Below the pieces are notes generated by a model that ran no database searches, was not told the origin of the DNA, and was given only the letters and a program-made list of their open reading frames with translations. Shown here piece by piece: positions 9,829 to 20,531 of a DNA stretch of 64,000 bases. Every line of letters begins with the position of its first letter. The first letter of the stretch is position 1. The translations under genes and the position numbers were made by a program. This stretch comes from an uncultured delta proteobacterium (GTDB lineage Bacteria; Desulfobacterota; WTBG01), in contig CAWCBP010000006.1 in NCBI GenBank assembly GCA_963793865.1, positions 64,001 through 128,000 on the forward strand, written 5' to 3'.

Positions 9829-10314
9829 ATGAAGAAATCATTTTTCACCGCTTTCGTTTTATGCTTCAGCCTGGTTTTAATTATGCAGACGGCTCTGCCC
9901 CGGCAGGCTGAAGCAGGGCCCATTAAGAGCATTGTACTGTATATTCCTAATCGTGTGTTCGATGTTCTTGATATTATCCGCCTGCGCCTGCGGGTGGGAC
10001 CGGGTATTTCAGTCGGTGTGCATGCGACAAAAGTGGCAAGTCTGTTTTTGGGTACCCATACCACGGTGTGGGCGGGACTTCACGGGCCGCGCGGCGAAAC
10101 TGTCATTCCCTGGCCTGCCGGCGTTGAAAGCCGTTCGGGTGTACAGGTCGGGCCTATTGACCCGTCGGTGACGGGATGCTACTACGATCCTCTCGAAATT
10201 GGTCTTGAACTGCAGCCCTTGCTTATCGGTCTGAATTTTGGCATCGGGCTGTTTGAAGTCGTCGATTTTGTAACGGGGTTATTGTTCATTGACCTGCAAG
10301 ATGATGACTTCTGA
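9829..10314 (+). CDS. Hypothetical exported/membrane protein
   Basis: SD ggagg, signal peptide ending AEA, 161 aa. Confidence 0.7.
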   Translation: MKKSFFTAFVLCFSLVLIMQTALPRQAEAGPIKSIVLYIPNRVFDVLDIIRLRLRVGPGISVGVHATKVASLFLGTHTTVWAGLHGPRGETVIPWPAGVESRSGVQVGPIDPSVTGCYYDPLEIGLELQPLLIGLNFGIGLFEVVDFVTGLLFIDLQDDDF

Positions 10315-10428
10315 AAAACACATATGGCAATTTAATGAAATTAGAATATTTCCGAGGGTGTACATCACGGCAGTGAGAGGGTTTTATCGCAGGTGATGCT
10401 ACATCGTAACGAGATCAGACAGATTGCG

Positions 10429-10476
10429 AAACAGCCCCCCAGTCTGCTTGCAGTGGACTGAGGGGCTGTTTTTTTT
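10429..10476 (+). terminator. Rho-independent terminator
   Basis: aaacagccccccagtc-loop-gactgaggggctg followed by a T8 run. Confidence 0.8.
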
Positions 10477-10764
10477 AACAAAAGGAAATAGGTATTAGAA
10501 AAGCAATCTTATAATACCTGTCTGTGCTTGGTGGTTCAGAGATAATGGTAGTAGTATAGAGAATTGAAGCACCGGAAATTACACAGGATACGGAATGAAT
10601 CTTATGTATCCGCTATAATTCAGTATTTTTGGTATATGGTACACTACCTTCATTTGAGCCACAATCATATATGAGTATCAAAGCAAAAATCAGGTTTTTC
10701 GAAGTTAAAAATCAGGGTTTTTCCGATTGCTTTTTCTATATTGTTGGGAGTATAAATGTTTAAT

Positions 10765-10893
10765 ATACAGCGACAAAGCCAAACCTCGAGTAATCGAGGG
10801 ACGGAAAGCCACAGTTCTATAGCAGATGTTGAATCTATGTAGCAACGTGCTTTTGGTAAAGGGGTTTATAGAAAGCTGGACTGCCGAGTGTAT
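10765..10893 (+). ncRNA. c-di-GMP-I (GEMM-I) riboswitch with elongated P3
   Basis: CGACAAAGCCAAACC-TCGA-GTAA-TCGAGGGACGGAAAGCCAC...GCTGGACTGCCGA. GNRA tetraloop; overlapping terminator actgccgagtgt...gcttggcagttttatttt. Confidence 0.9.
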
Positions 10894-10947
10894 GTGCAAT
10901 AGAAGCATGCTTGGCAGTTTTATTTTATAATCCAAATTGGTTAAGTG

Positions 10948-12503
10948 ATGGTAATGCAAAATAACAATGAAAATAAAGATATGAAATCAAGAGCCAATTC
11001 CAAAGAGAAATTTAAAAGTTTGAAAAGTCAAATCGCTCAGCACATTCAAGAAGCTGAAATGTTAAGGACAAGCGAGAAAAAGTATAGAACTCTCCTTGAA
11101 AACCTACCACAGAAGATTTTTCACAAGGATAAAAATTCAGTTTATATCTCTTGTAATAAAAACTATGCTAACGATTTAAAAATTACTCCAGAACAAATTG
11201 TAGGTAAGACAGACTATAATTTCTACAGTAAAGAGTTGGCTGAAAAGTATCGAGCAGATGATAAAAGAATTATGGAGAGTGGTACTGTAGAAACTATTGA
11301 AGAAAAATATACTATAAATGGCAACGAAACAATTATCCAAACAGTTAAGGTGCCACTTAAAGATGACACAGGAACCGTAATAGGTGTATTGGGTATCTTC
11401 TGGGACATTACTGACCGTAGGCAAGCAGAGGATAGCTTAAAAAGATCAGAGGAAAAATTCCACAAGCTAATAGAACATGCTAATGATGCCATTGTTTCTG
11501 TAAATACAAAGGGCATGATAATTGGTTTTAACAAAAAAGCAGAGGAAATGTTCGGGTACTCCCGTGAAGACGTGTTGGGCAAGTCCTCTTATATGCTTAT
11601 TTCTCACCGAAACAAAGATTTTTTTAAAGAAGCAATTGCACATTTTGCAAAGACGGGGCACTTCTCTCGTCAGGGGGTCCAATATCCTGGAAGGGAGAGC
11701 CGTTAAAAAGGGAGGGGAAGAATTTCAAATGGAGTATTCGTATTATACAATAAATATCAAGGGAGAATTCGTTTCTACGGCTATCATGCGTGACATTACT
11801 CAACGTAAAATTTCAGAGCAAAAACTCTTTGAATACCAACAGAAACTCAAGTCGTTGGCCTCACTATTAACGTTGACTGAGGAAAAAGAACGCAAGCACT
11901 TTGCAGAAATATCTCCATAATGAAATTGGTCAAAATTTATTTGCCATACAGTTGCAGTTGCAGTTACTGAAGACCTCTTTGTCCTCAGCGGATGATATCA
12001 AAACCATAGATAAGATACTGAATAACCTCAAACAAACTATTAACCATTCCCGTTCTTTGACCTTTGAGCTTAGCCCTCCTATTTTATACGAGCTTGGTCT
12101 TGAGAAAGCTCTTGAATGGCTTGTAGAAGAAACATATAAGCAGTACAATATTGTGGTGGCTTTATTAGATGATAAAAAGGAAAAACCGTTAGATGATGAT
12201 ATGAAAATTTTCATATACCAAGCCGTACGTGAGTTACTCACTAATGCAGCGAAACATGCCCAGGTAGAAAAAATAATTGTGTCCATTAAAAAGCATAATT
12301 CCGGCATGGAAATCTGTGTTGAAGATGATGGCGTTGGTTTTGACCCCTCACGTTTGGATGCCTTGAATACCATGGAGGATGGATTTGGACTTTTTCATAT
12401 TAATGAACGGATAAAGCAACTCGGAGGTGAGCTTAAGATTAAATCCCAACCAAATTGTGGTGCTAAAATAACGCTGACAATACCCCTTAAAAACAATACA
12501 TAA
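10948..12503 (+). CDS. PAS-PAS HisKA_3 (NarX/UhpB-type) sensor histidine kinase, split by two +1 frameshifts
   Basis: ORFs 10945-11706, 11522-11920 and 11901-12503 join if one base is removed from GGGG 11655-58 and from AAA 11907-09, restoring FAEYLHNEIGQ. Also RELLTNAAKHA, DDGVGFD, GFGL. Confidence 0.85.
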
Positions 12504-12734
12504 TAATTGCATTTCAATATTTATTTACATTGCTAATTTATTTAAAAAGATGCCGCAGATTGTGGTTTCACCTTGACTGCCAAAATTCACAGATTCTGCA
12601 ATGAAGAGAGATAGCACAAGGCAATTATGGTTGTGTTGCGGTATGTAATCTGCGGTATCGGGATTTTTGATATAGCTTGCAATAACCTTAAAGAAACATA
12701 ATTTTCGGAGTTTGTTAGGTGGAGATGTGCGCAC

Positions 12735-12939
12735 TTAATTATTTGCTGCAAAAGGATAGATAGTACAAGTCCCTTCCTTTGGTTTACGCCTCCCTGATTT
12801 CCAATTATGACATGGTTGACTCCGTGACCCCTAATTTCTCTGCAAGTTCAGCTTGCCTTAATCCATTAAGCTTTCGATACTTTCTAATGATTTCTCCAAA
12901 GGAGTGTGTCGGATATTTTGAAGTTAAAACCTTACACAT
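12735..12939 (-). pseudogene. Frameshifted XRE-family HTH regulator
   Basis: Manual translation ...SFGEIIRKYRKLNGLRQAELAEKLGVTEST(MS*), continuing after a 1-nt shift as HNWKSGRRKP. Confidence 0.7.
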
Positions 12940-13162
12940 GAATAATTATAAGCTCTTGAGGTGCTGGAGATTTTTATAAGTATGATAAACTTATGCATCA
13001 TTATGGATACCATCATATATCGTGCCAATGTCCTGCAGCATAATATTGTCTCACTACAAAAACTTTCCTATACTTTCCCCACCAAAAATTAAGTTTTATC
13101 GTAATATTGTCGATTAAATAATTCTTATATATTTTCAGCATTCAAAAATGGGGAGGCATTCC

Positions 13163-14254
13163 ATGGCTGCACTAGACAGTCTTTTTAAGAAGGCAGTAGA
13201 TAATAACGCTTCGGACGTTCATGTATATCCAAACGAACCTTATATCATAAGACAATTAGGTAGACTTCAAAAAATAGGAGAAACCCCGATCTCCTCCGAG
13301 TATTGCAGAGAACTAATTCTTGAGCTTCTTGACGAAGTTCAAAGGGAAAAGCTTTCACAGGATTTTCAGCTCGATTTTGCCTATGAAACACCTGAACTTG
13401 GCCGGTTTCGGGGAAGTGCGATGATGCATCGAAATGGACTGAGTGCAGCATTTCGGCTTATTCCCGCTCGCATTCCCACATTTGAGGAACTTGGTTTATC
13501 GGAGACAGTTACTAAAGTTTTGAATAATCACATGGGATTGATTCTGGTGACCGGTGCTACAGGTCATGGTAAGTCAACGACTCTTGCTGCTATGATAGAT
13601 TATATTAATACCCATCATTCGCACCATATACTTACTATAGAGGATCCTATTGAATTTATTCACCCTTTAAAGCGGGGAGTAGTTAATCAGCGACAACTGG
13701 GTGTAAACACTCTGTCCTATGCAAGTGCATTAAGGGCTGCGCTGAGAGAGGATCCAGATGTAATAATGATAGGGGAACTGAGAGATCTTGAAACAATATC
13801 ACTTGCTATATCGGCCGCTGAAACCGGACATCTAGTGTTAGGGACCCTTTCTACCTCAAATGCCCCAAAGACAATTGATCGTATCATTGACTCCTTTCCA
13901 CCAGGAGAACAAAACCAGATACGTGCTATGTTAAGCGAATCCCTTAAAGCAGTGATTACTCAACGTCTTATACCGGGAGTTAATAACGATAGAATGGTTT
14001 TGGCACTGGAAATACTTATTGGAACGCTTCCCGTATCAAACCTCATTCGTGAGGGCAAGACATTTCAAATTCCTTCCGTGATGCAGACGGGAAAGGGGAT
14101 AGGGATGCAGGTTATGGATGATTCAATTTTTACATTGCTTCAGGAGGGGAAAATCAGTGCAGAAGAAGCATCGATCAATGCCAATAACAAGAACCGTTTT
14201 AAGGAGTTTGTGGAAAAAGGAACACAGCTCAGAGTGACAGCAAAATCAATGTAA
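13163..14254 (+). CDS. pilT: Type IV pilus retraction ATPase PilT/PilU family
   Basis: ASDVH, Walker A GATGHGKST, TIEDPIE, LREDPDVIMIGELRD, AAETGHLV, VSNLIREGK. Confidence 0.92.
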   Translation: MAALDSLFKKAVDNNASDVHVYPNEPYIIRQLGRLQKIGETPISSEYCRELILELLDEVQREKLSQDFQLDFAYETPELGRFRGSAMMHRNGLSAAFRLIPARIPTFEELGLSETVTKVLNNHMGLILVTGATGHGKSTTLAAMIDYINTHHSHHILTIEDPIEFIHPLKRGVVNQRQLGVNTLSYASALRAALREDPDVIMIGELRDLETISLAISAAETGHLVLGTLSTSNAPKTIDRIIDSFPPGEQNQIRAMLSESLKAVITQRLIPGVNNDRMVLALEILIGTLPVSNLIREGKTFQIPSVMQTGKGIGMQVMDDSIFTLLQEGKISAEEASINANNKNRFKEFVEKGTQLRVTAKSM

Positions 14255-14390
14255 CTCAGGATATGCATAGTCGTCCACTGCGGATTGAAAGTCATTACTA
14301 CAGCACTTTTATCATTGCAGTTTTTGTGTCTTATTACGGACACATCGGTACAATCTAGGTTAATAAGCTGTGAGAGGGAGTATAGTTATT

Positions 14391-15464
14391 ATGGCTAAAA
14401 TAGACACCTATTTCAGAGAATTAAAAGAAAGAGGGGCAAGTGATCTCCATATGGTTGTTGGTTTTTCCCCTATACTTCGCCTCCATGGGGAATTGCAGCC
14501 AACAGACCATCCTGTTCTTACAGCAGAAACAAACTGTGAAATTCTATTCGAGATACTGAAACCAGAACAGCAGGCGCACTTAGAAAAAAACCGTGATTTT
14601 GATATGGCCTATGAACTGGGAGATGAGGCACGTTTCCGCTGTAATTTTTTCTATCAGCAGCGGGGAGTAGGTGCGGTATTCCGCATTATTCCAACCAAAA
14701 TCTTGACGTTAGAACAACTAGGCTTATCCGAAACATTAAAGACGATAGCCATGTTCAAACAGGGACTAGTGTTGGTAACGGGTCCTACAGGAAGCGGAAA
14801 GTCAACCACGCTTGCAGCAATAATTGATTACATCAATGAAAGTCGTGATGCGCACATTATTACCATTGAAGACCCTCTGGAGTTTGTTCATTCAAATAAG
14901 AAGTGCCTCTTTACACAACGTGAGATTGGAACTCATGCCAGAAGTTTTGCAGATGCTCTCAGAGTCGCAAGCAGAGAAAATCCTGATATTATTCTTGTTG
15001 GTGAAATGCGTGATCTGGAAACAATATCTCTTGCCCTTACCTGTGCAGAACTCGGTATTTTGGTCTTTGGCACACTACATACCAATAGTGCATCAAAGAC
15101 GGTTGATCGTATAATTAACGCTTTTCCTGCTGAACAGCAGGAACAAACACGGACAATGCTCGCTGATTCTTTGAAAGCTGTGGTAGCCCAACAACTGCTT
15201 AAAACCAAAGATGGTAATGGCAGGTGTGCAGCAAATGAAATTCTTATAGGATCTCAAGCATTAGCCAGCATGATCAGAGAAAAGAAGATATCACAGATTA
15301 ATTCACTTATTCAAACAGGAATGAATGACGGAATGCAGACCATGGATCAACATCTTATGAAGCTCATAAAAGAGGCCAGGATAACTCCCCAAGCGGCGTA
15401 TGAAAAGGCTATAGATAAAAATATATTTATCAATCTGCTCAAGGAACCTCCCGTGACTGGATGA
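14391..15464 (+). CDS. pilT: Type IV pilus retraction ATPase PilT family (second paralog)
   Basis: GASDLH, GPTGSGKST, TIEDPLE, RENPDIILVGEMRD, GTLHT. Confidence 0.92.
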   Translation: MAKIDTYFRELKERGASDLHMVVGFSPILRLHGELQPTDHPVLTAETNCEILFEILKPEQQAHLEKNRDFDMAYELGDEARFRCNFFYQQRGVGAVFRIIPTKILTLEQLGLSETLKTIAMFKQGLVLVTGPTGSGKSTTLAAIIDYINESRDAHIITIEDPLEFVHSNKKCLFTQREIGTHARSFADALRVASRENPDIILVGEMRDLETISLALTCAELGILVFGTLHTNSASKTVDRIINAFPAEQQEQTRTMLADSLKAVVAQQLLKTKDGNGRCAANEILIGSQALASMIREKKISQINSLIQTGMNDGMQTMDQHLMKLIKEARITPQAAYEKAIDKNIFINLLKEPPVTG

Positions 15465-15563
15465 GAAGTAGGTATTAAAAGAGTTATACCTACAAACATA
15501 GAATACGCTATTGAATATTTAACTGTTGCAGATATACCCAGATTTTACGAGGAGAAAATCATT

Positions 15564-16016
15564 ATGAGTGAATATCCAAAGCAGGACAAGAAGGTAATAC
15601 TGTGTATAGCCAATAACATCCGGATAACAGGTAAGATTAATATAGTTGGTCGCAGTACATTTAAACATCTAGAGGATTCTGCTCATGATATTGTGATGTA
15701 CGATACTTGTACCGAGGATGGTAAGGAGCACAAAACTTTGTTGGTGTCAAAAAGCCAGGTTTACTGGATTGACCCTGTAGATGATACGGCGGAAAAACAG
15801 AATATGGGAAAATGGAAGCAAGTAAAGTTAAAGCTTACAAATGACCAGGAAATAACAGGCGAAGTTGACATTACCGGGTTTAATAGAGTATCTGATTATT
15901 TTTTGGCATATTCCAAAAGGTTTTATGAAATTTATGAGTGTAGCATAGCTGATAAAAAGTATGATCTCTTGTTCGTATCTTCCGAGCATGTGTTGTGGAA
16001 GGAGCCAATCGATTGA
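15564..16016 (+). CDS. Hypothetical protein with two tandem small beta-barrel-like repeats
   Basis: Internal duplication: ITGKINI...LLVSKSQVYWIDP and ITGEVDI...LFVSSEHVLWKEP; SD gaggag. Confidence 0.7.
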   Translation: MSEYPKQDKKVILCIANNIRITGKINIVGRSTFKHLEDSAHDIVMYDTCTEDGKEHKTLLVSKSQVYWIDPVDDTAEKQNMGKWKQVKLKLTNDQEITGEVDITGFNRVSDYFLAYSKRFYEIYECSIADKKYDLLFVSSEHVLWKEPID

Positions 16017-16862
16017 ATTAATTAACGCAGATTGGTGTGTGTATAAAAAATTCTTTCGTTAGGTGTACTAAAAGAAAGGTAGGACTTCGGCTCTGCCTTT
16101 TGTTGTATTACATGTCAACAATTGGGCTTAGTACATCAGTACAGCTAATATAAATTTTTGCAGGGGTATTTTTGCTATTATCTTGCGAAGCCACTGCTGG
16201 CACTCAGAGCAAATAGGGAAATAACGTCGCTTTAATAATCTAATCTCTAGGATATTCATTTTTTTGCTGCAAAAGAAGCACTTCAGTTTTTTATTATTCA
16301 ATACCATCACCCCCCATCGGGGAATAGTAGTAGAATAATGTTTTGCCAGTCAGCGTTTCTCCTCCTCTTGCACCCCATCAATAAAACCGTTGCCCAAAAC
16401 TATTGAGGGGTCGTTAATTTAGCCTTTTGCCTCTTTGACTAGTTTGCTCATCTTTAAGAATATCTATCTTTGGAATAGTGACTTCCAAACAGTGTAAGTG
16501 CTTTTACCGTTCATGCATAAATCATACCCTTCCTTTAGATGCCCAAATAGCTTAAATCACCATTCTGCAACCATACACAGTGACAATTAGCGGAATGTTA
16601 GGATAAAAAAATGTCATTGCAATATTTCAATACATTGTAGTTAAAATGGATGTGAGTTTGGAGCTACACAGCAATCAGGATTTTCGACAAGAAACCTTTT
16701 TCTAACAATCTTCTTATTGCACTGATCATCCAATCCCTTAGCTCGTTTCAAGTTACCACCCGATAATAAATAAAGAGATGCTAAGTGAATACTAAAGTAA
16801 TCACAAGGTATAGACGATAAAAAACATGTGTGCCTGTATTTGCACAGAGGAGGTTATTGATA

Positions 16863-17210
16863 ATGAGTGAGTATTTAAGCGGTGCTACAAGACTATTGAA
16901 AAATATGGAAACCGTTCCTAATAGAAAGGGTCGAGAACGGAGGTTACATCCACGGTTTTATGTACACCTAGCTACGAAGTTGGAATGTGGAAACATATTA
17001 TATAAAGGCACTATTGTAAATATAAGCAAAAAGGGTTGCCGTGTTAATACTGATAGCCCAATTCGTTCGGCCACCAATCAGGTAAGCCTTAAGTATACAT
17101 TACCGGGAGAGCTGGATACTAGAAATGTCAAAGGTGTGATTAAATGGACACATCAAACGGAAAATAGTTTCCTGATCGGTATTGAATTTCAAAAACTGCA
17201 AAACCTCTAA
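16863..17210 (+). CDS. PilZ domain protein (c-di-GMP receptor)
   Basis: RxxxR (ERRLHPR), N-x-S-x-x-G (NISKKG), C-terminal IGIEF; SD gaggagg. Confidence 0.88.
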   Translation: MSEYLSGATRLLKNMETVPNRKGRERRLHPRFYVHLATKLECGNILYKGTIVNISKKGCRVNTDSPIRSATNQVSLKYTLPGELDTRNVKGVIKWTHQTENSFLIGIEFQKLQNL

Positions 17211-17339
17211 GGTTCTAGCCCGGATACATTCAAGTGCTTCAATTGTCCTAAACAACACGTGACTTGACATTGGCTAGATCCCTTGGCTGCCAATGATGTT
17301 GACACCGCCATAATATTGATTCAGTTTTTCTTCCTTTGC

Positions 17340-17375
17340 TAACCCCTTCAGTAGTCAATCCTGAGGGGGTATTTT
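17340..17375 (+). terminator. Terminator-like hairpin, island repeat family
   Basis: aaccccttcag-loop-ctgagggggtatttt. Confidence 0.7.
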
Positions 17376-17444
17376 ATACACTCGCAACGGCTGATAGATT
17401 GCAAAGTGAAATGAAGTAGTCAAAACCAGCTTCAACCTATGTTA

Positions 17445-17562
17445 TGAGCCTTCCACAATTGGCGTATAGCGAGAGATTAAGATTATCTTATAGATGATGA
17501 TTTTTATAGTTGTTTTTGTGTGGCAACAAAAACCATAACTTGAGTTGGGAGTTTTTGTTTAG
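17445..17562. repeat. Island repeat A (~115 bp), copy 1
   Basis: tgagccttccacaattggc...gtttttgtgtggcaa...cataacttgagttgggag; homologous to 28643-28755 and partly to 22890-22925. Confidence 0.8.
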
Positions 17563-17690
17563 TGTGAAAAGTTGCTCAGATTGTTCTGACGTAGTCCTGG
17601 TTAAATCGGGTTCCGGAAGAAGCCCATTCAATAATCCCCAGAAATTTATTTATTGTAAGAAGAGTCAATCAGTGGTAAAAGTCAAATAAA

Positions 17691-17807
17691 ATATAGCGAT
17701 AAAGCCAAACCCCGAGCAATCGAGGGACGGAAAGCCACAGTTCTATTGCTGTTGTTAGAACGTGCTTTTAGATTTGGTTCAATAGAAGGCTGGACTGCCG
17801 AATGTAT
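17691..17807 (+). ncRNA. c-di-GMP-I (GEMM-I) riboswitch with elongated P3, copy 2
   Basis: CGATAAAGCCAAACC-CCGA-GCAA-TCGAGGGACGGAAAGCCAC...GCTGGACTGCCGA; overlapping terminator actgccg...cggcagttttttg. Confidence 0.9.
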
Positions 17808-18037
17808 GAGTCAAACAATACAACGGCAGTTTTTTGTTTTTCTAGCATTACTATAATGAAAAGAACATCTGGCATAGTGCCATTTTGTCCCAAACACAAG
17901 TTTCTGAGTTGCAGGTTATCATTCTAATGCTCTTGACAGCAGTAATAATCCGCACATTAGTTACGGCAGTTACTCCAATGGCACCGAAAATTTAAAATAT
18001 GCTTGTTTTAACGATTCCAATAACAGTGAGGTGCGTT

Positions 18038-19147
18038 ATGCAAAAACATCTATCGAGTATTATTTTCAGTATTCTCTGTATCTTTCTTGTGCCGGTGACA
18101 GGGCTGCCCTGCACAACCTTTGTGCTTGATAACAATGGTCAGCCGGTATACGGAAAGAATGCGGACTGGCAGCCGCCTATACCAAGCTTTGTGATTGTCA
18201 ATAAGCGGGGGGTCGCAAAAACATCGGCTTTTTTACCTCAAGAGCCCTATGCTATACCTATCAGTTGGACATCCCAGTTTGGCAGTGTAACATTTAACTT
18301 TTATGCGCGAGAATGGCCTTTTGAAGGAATAAATGAAGCAGGGCTTTTTATATCAATGCAGGGAGGGGAGGGGCGTGCAAAAGACGCATACCCTGAACCT
18401 GATTCGCGGACACCAATAGGGGCGTATCAATTGGTTCAATACCAGCTTGACAACTTCAGCACGATTGATGAGGTCATAGCAAGCTTTCAGAGCATACGAA
18501 TCCCCAAGCCTCGAGAGGATTCCCCGATACCGTTTCCTGTTCATTGGTTGGTAGGCGACAGCAAGGGAAAATGTGCAAGTATTGATTTTGTTGATGGCAA
18601 AATGGTCTGTCATACCGGTTGGACTATGCCGGTTAAAGTGCTTGCCGGAAGTACCTATGATCATTCCATTGCCTATTTCAGGCGGTTCCGATTAATTAAC
18701 ATATTTTTCCCGATTCCTATTCCTGAGGATAAAACAAATTCTTTGCTCAGATTTGCCGTGGCAGCTGATATGGTGAAAAAGTACCGTTCGCAAAGTTCAG
18801 GGCCTGCTGTTGATTATGCATTTCAAATTTTAGAGGATGTTGAAATGAGCCCTACCTCTCATTCGGCACTGTGGAGCGCCGTTTATGACAACGTAAATAA
18901 GCAGATACACTTTCGTTCCTGGAACAATGACCAGATTCGCTCGATTGATCTTGACGCACTTGATTTCTCCTGCACCACACCGGTCAAGGTATTGGACGTA
19001 AGCGCTGACCTGTCAGGTGATGTATCAAACAGCTTTGTTGATTATACGAAAGACATTGACCTTGAGATGCTTAACTCCTGGGGGTTGTCGCAAGCAGCAA
19101 TAGACTATATATCTTCCTATCCTGATACAACGGTCTGCACTGAATGA
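18038..19147 (+). CDS. Secreted Ntn-hydrolase, choloylglycine hydrolase/penicillin V acylase family
   Basis: Signal peptide then nucleophile C-T-T-F, GKNADW, EGINEAGL, QYQLDNFST, RFA. Confidence 0.88.
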   Translation: MQKHLSSIIFSILCIFLVPVTGLPCTTFVLDNNGQPVYGKNADWQPPIPSFVIVNKRGVAKTSAFLPQEPYAIPISWTSQFGSVTFNFYAREWPFEGINEAGLFISMQGGEGRAKDAYPEPDSRTPIGAYQLVQYQLDNFSTIDEVIASFQSIRIPKPREDSPIPFPVHWLVGDSKGKCASIDFVDGKMVCHTGWTMPVKVLAGSTYDHSIAYFRRFRLINIFFPIPIPEDKTNSLLRFAVAADMVKKYRSQSSGPAVDYAFQILEDVEMSPTSHSALWSAVYDNVNKQIHFRSWNNDQIRSIDLDALDFSCTTPVKVLDVSADLSGDVSNSFVDYTKDIDLEMLNSWGLSQAAIDYISSYPDTTVCTE

Positions 19148-19163
19148 TTTTTAATAAGGAGGA

Positions 19164-20531
19164 ATGACCATGAAAAATAAATATATGTCCCTTGTTATGG
19201 TAGTGATATTTTTAATTGCTTTTTCATTGCACAATGCCTGTGCTGAGGGCTGGAAGAAATCCTACCATGCAGGAACATTTGACAAGAACTTCAAATACAT
19301 GGGCGGGACAGAGCTTATGTTTCTCACGTCACATAAAGGTAATCTTTATGCCGCCACAAGCATGTGGATGAACTTGGATCTTCCCTTCTCTACCGGCCCA
19401 CAGATTCTTGTTAAAGAATCGCCAAGGAACAGGTGGAAGCTTGATTATCAGATAGACAAGCAAATACTGAGAGTGGACCAGCTAGCCTCAATTACCCTTG
19501 GCACTGACGGACAAGGAAATGATCTTAGTCAACCGGTTAATCTTCTAGTGGCCGGTATGGGGGTCAATGTTTCCCAGCTGCCTGGAACAGCTACCGTTGC
19601 TGTGCGTGACGATGCAATAAATAAATGGATCACAGTGAATCTTGTGACATTGAACTATCCGATTTCAATCCGCGCCATCGGCACGCATAAAGACAAAATA
19701 ACGGGCGTTGACCATGTGTTTGCAGGAGCATTCCCTGGAGGTATATTTAGTGGCGTGTATGATGCGACCGTGCCTGGACAGATCAGATGGGACAGCACTC
19801 CCGAATTATCAAACGTTATAGACCGCGTCATGTCTTTTGGTGAATGTAATGGTGATCTGTATGTTGCAATAAAGCCTGCAATTTATAAGCGCTTTGATGG
19901 GCCAACACCTACATGGGAAAAAGTTTACGAATACACCACATACCCAACCGATAAGCCGAGCTGGCAGGGTGGTAGCAGCGGCATACGTGGGCTGACAGCA
20001 ATACCTAACCCAGATGGAGAAGGCGAGGTGCTTTTAATGGCCCTTGAAGGATTGACCCTTGAACAATATCACATGGCGAAGATCGTGTGCCTTGACCCTT
20101 CTAATAACAACAGCGTCACAATAGATCTTGATCTGACTGAATTTTTAAAAGGGCAGTTGGGGGGTGAATGGAACTATGTTGTTACAGCTTATAATGATAT
20201 GGAACAGGTAACTGATCCAAATACCGGTGAAGATCTTCTTATGATGGGATTGAGTGTATTTGAAGGATACATACCTTTAAGCACTGCTTCTTGGTATCTT
20301 GTTCGTCATCCTGACGCAACCTATACTGTGCATGAGATTCCCTATATCTATGATCTTCGTGGACAGCCCAAAACGCTTCAAGGGACTCGCACAATCAGGG
20401 TATCTCCGTTTGCTGAGGATAACGGGCAGGTATTCTATTTCGGAGGGTTTGACTGCGCATTCAAAACAAGTCATAACACAGCCTGGATTTATTCTGTTGA
20501 TATAGACACTGCCTTGGGGATTTTAGATTGA
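19164..20531 (+). CDS. Hypothetical secreted beta-rich protein
   Basis: SD aggagg, signal peptide (ACA), 455 aa. Confidence 0.8.
   Translation: MTMKNKYMSLVMVVIFLIAFSLHNACAEGWKKSYHAGTFDKNFKYMGGTELMFLTSHKGNLYAATSMWMNLDLPFSTGPQILVKESPRNRWKLDYQIDKQILRVDQLASITLGTDGQGNDLSQPVNLLVAGMGVNVSQLPGTATVAVRDDAINKWITVNLVTLNYPISIRAIGTHKDKITGVDHVFAGAFPGGIFSGVYDATVPGQIRWDSTPELSNVIDRVMSFGECNGDLYVAIKPAIYKRFDGPTPTWEKVYEYTTYPTDKPSWQGGSSGIRGLTAIPNPDGEGEVLLMALEGLTLEQYHMAKIVCLDPSNNNSVTIDLDLTEFLKGQLGGEWNYVVTAYNDMEQVTDPNTGEDLLMMGLSVFEGYIPLSTASWYLVRHPDATYTVHEIPYIYDLRGQPKTLQGTRTIRVSPFAEDNGQVFYFGGFDCAFKTSHNTAWIYSVDIDTALGILD

Noticed and set aside
10765..10893. Cyclic AMP-GMP (GEMM-Ib) specificity
   Set aside because: The discriminating position is G, not A, in both aptamers.
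13008..13028. Sigma-54 promoter (TTGGCACG on the minus strand)
   Set aside because: The -12 element reads GA rather than the conserved GC.
17560..17645. IS1595-like transposase remnant (NFWGLL on the minus strand)
   Set aside because: Only a six-residue resemblance, with no supporting frame or termini.
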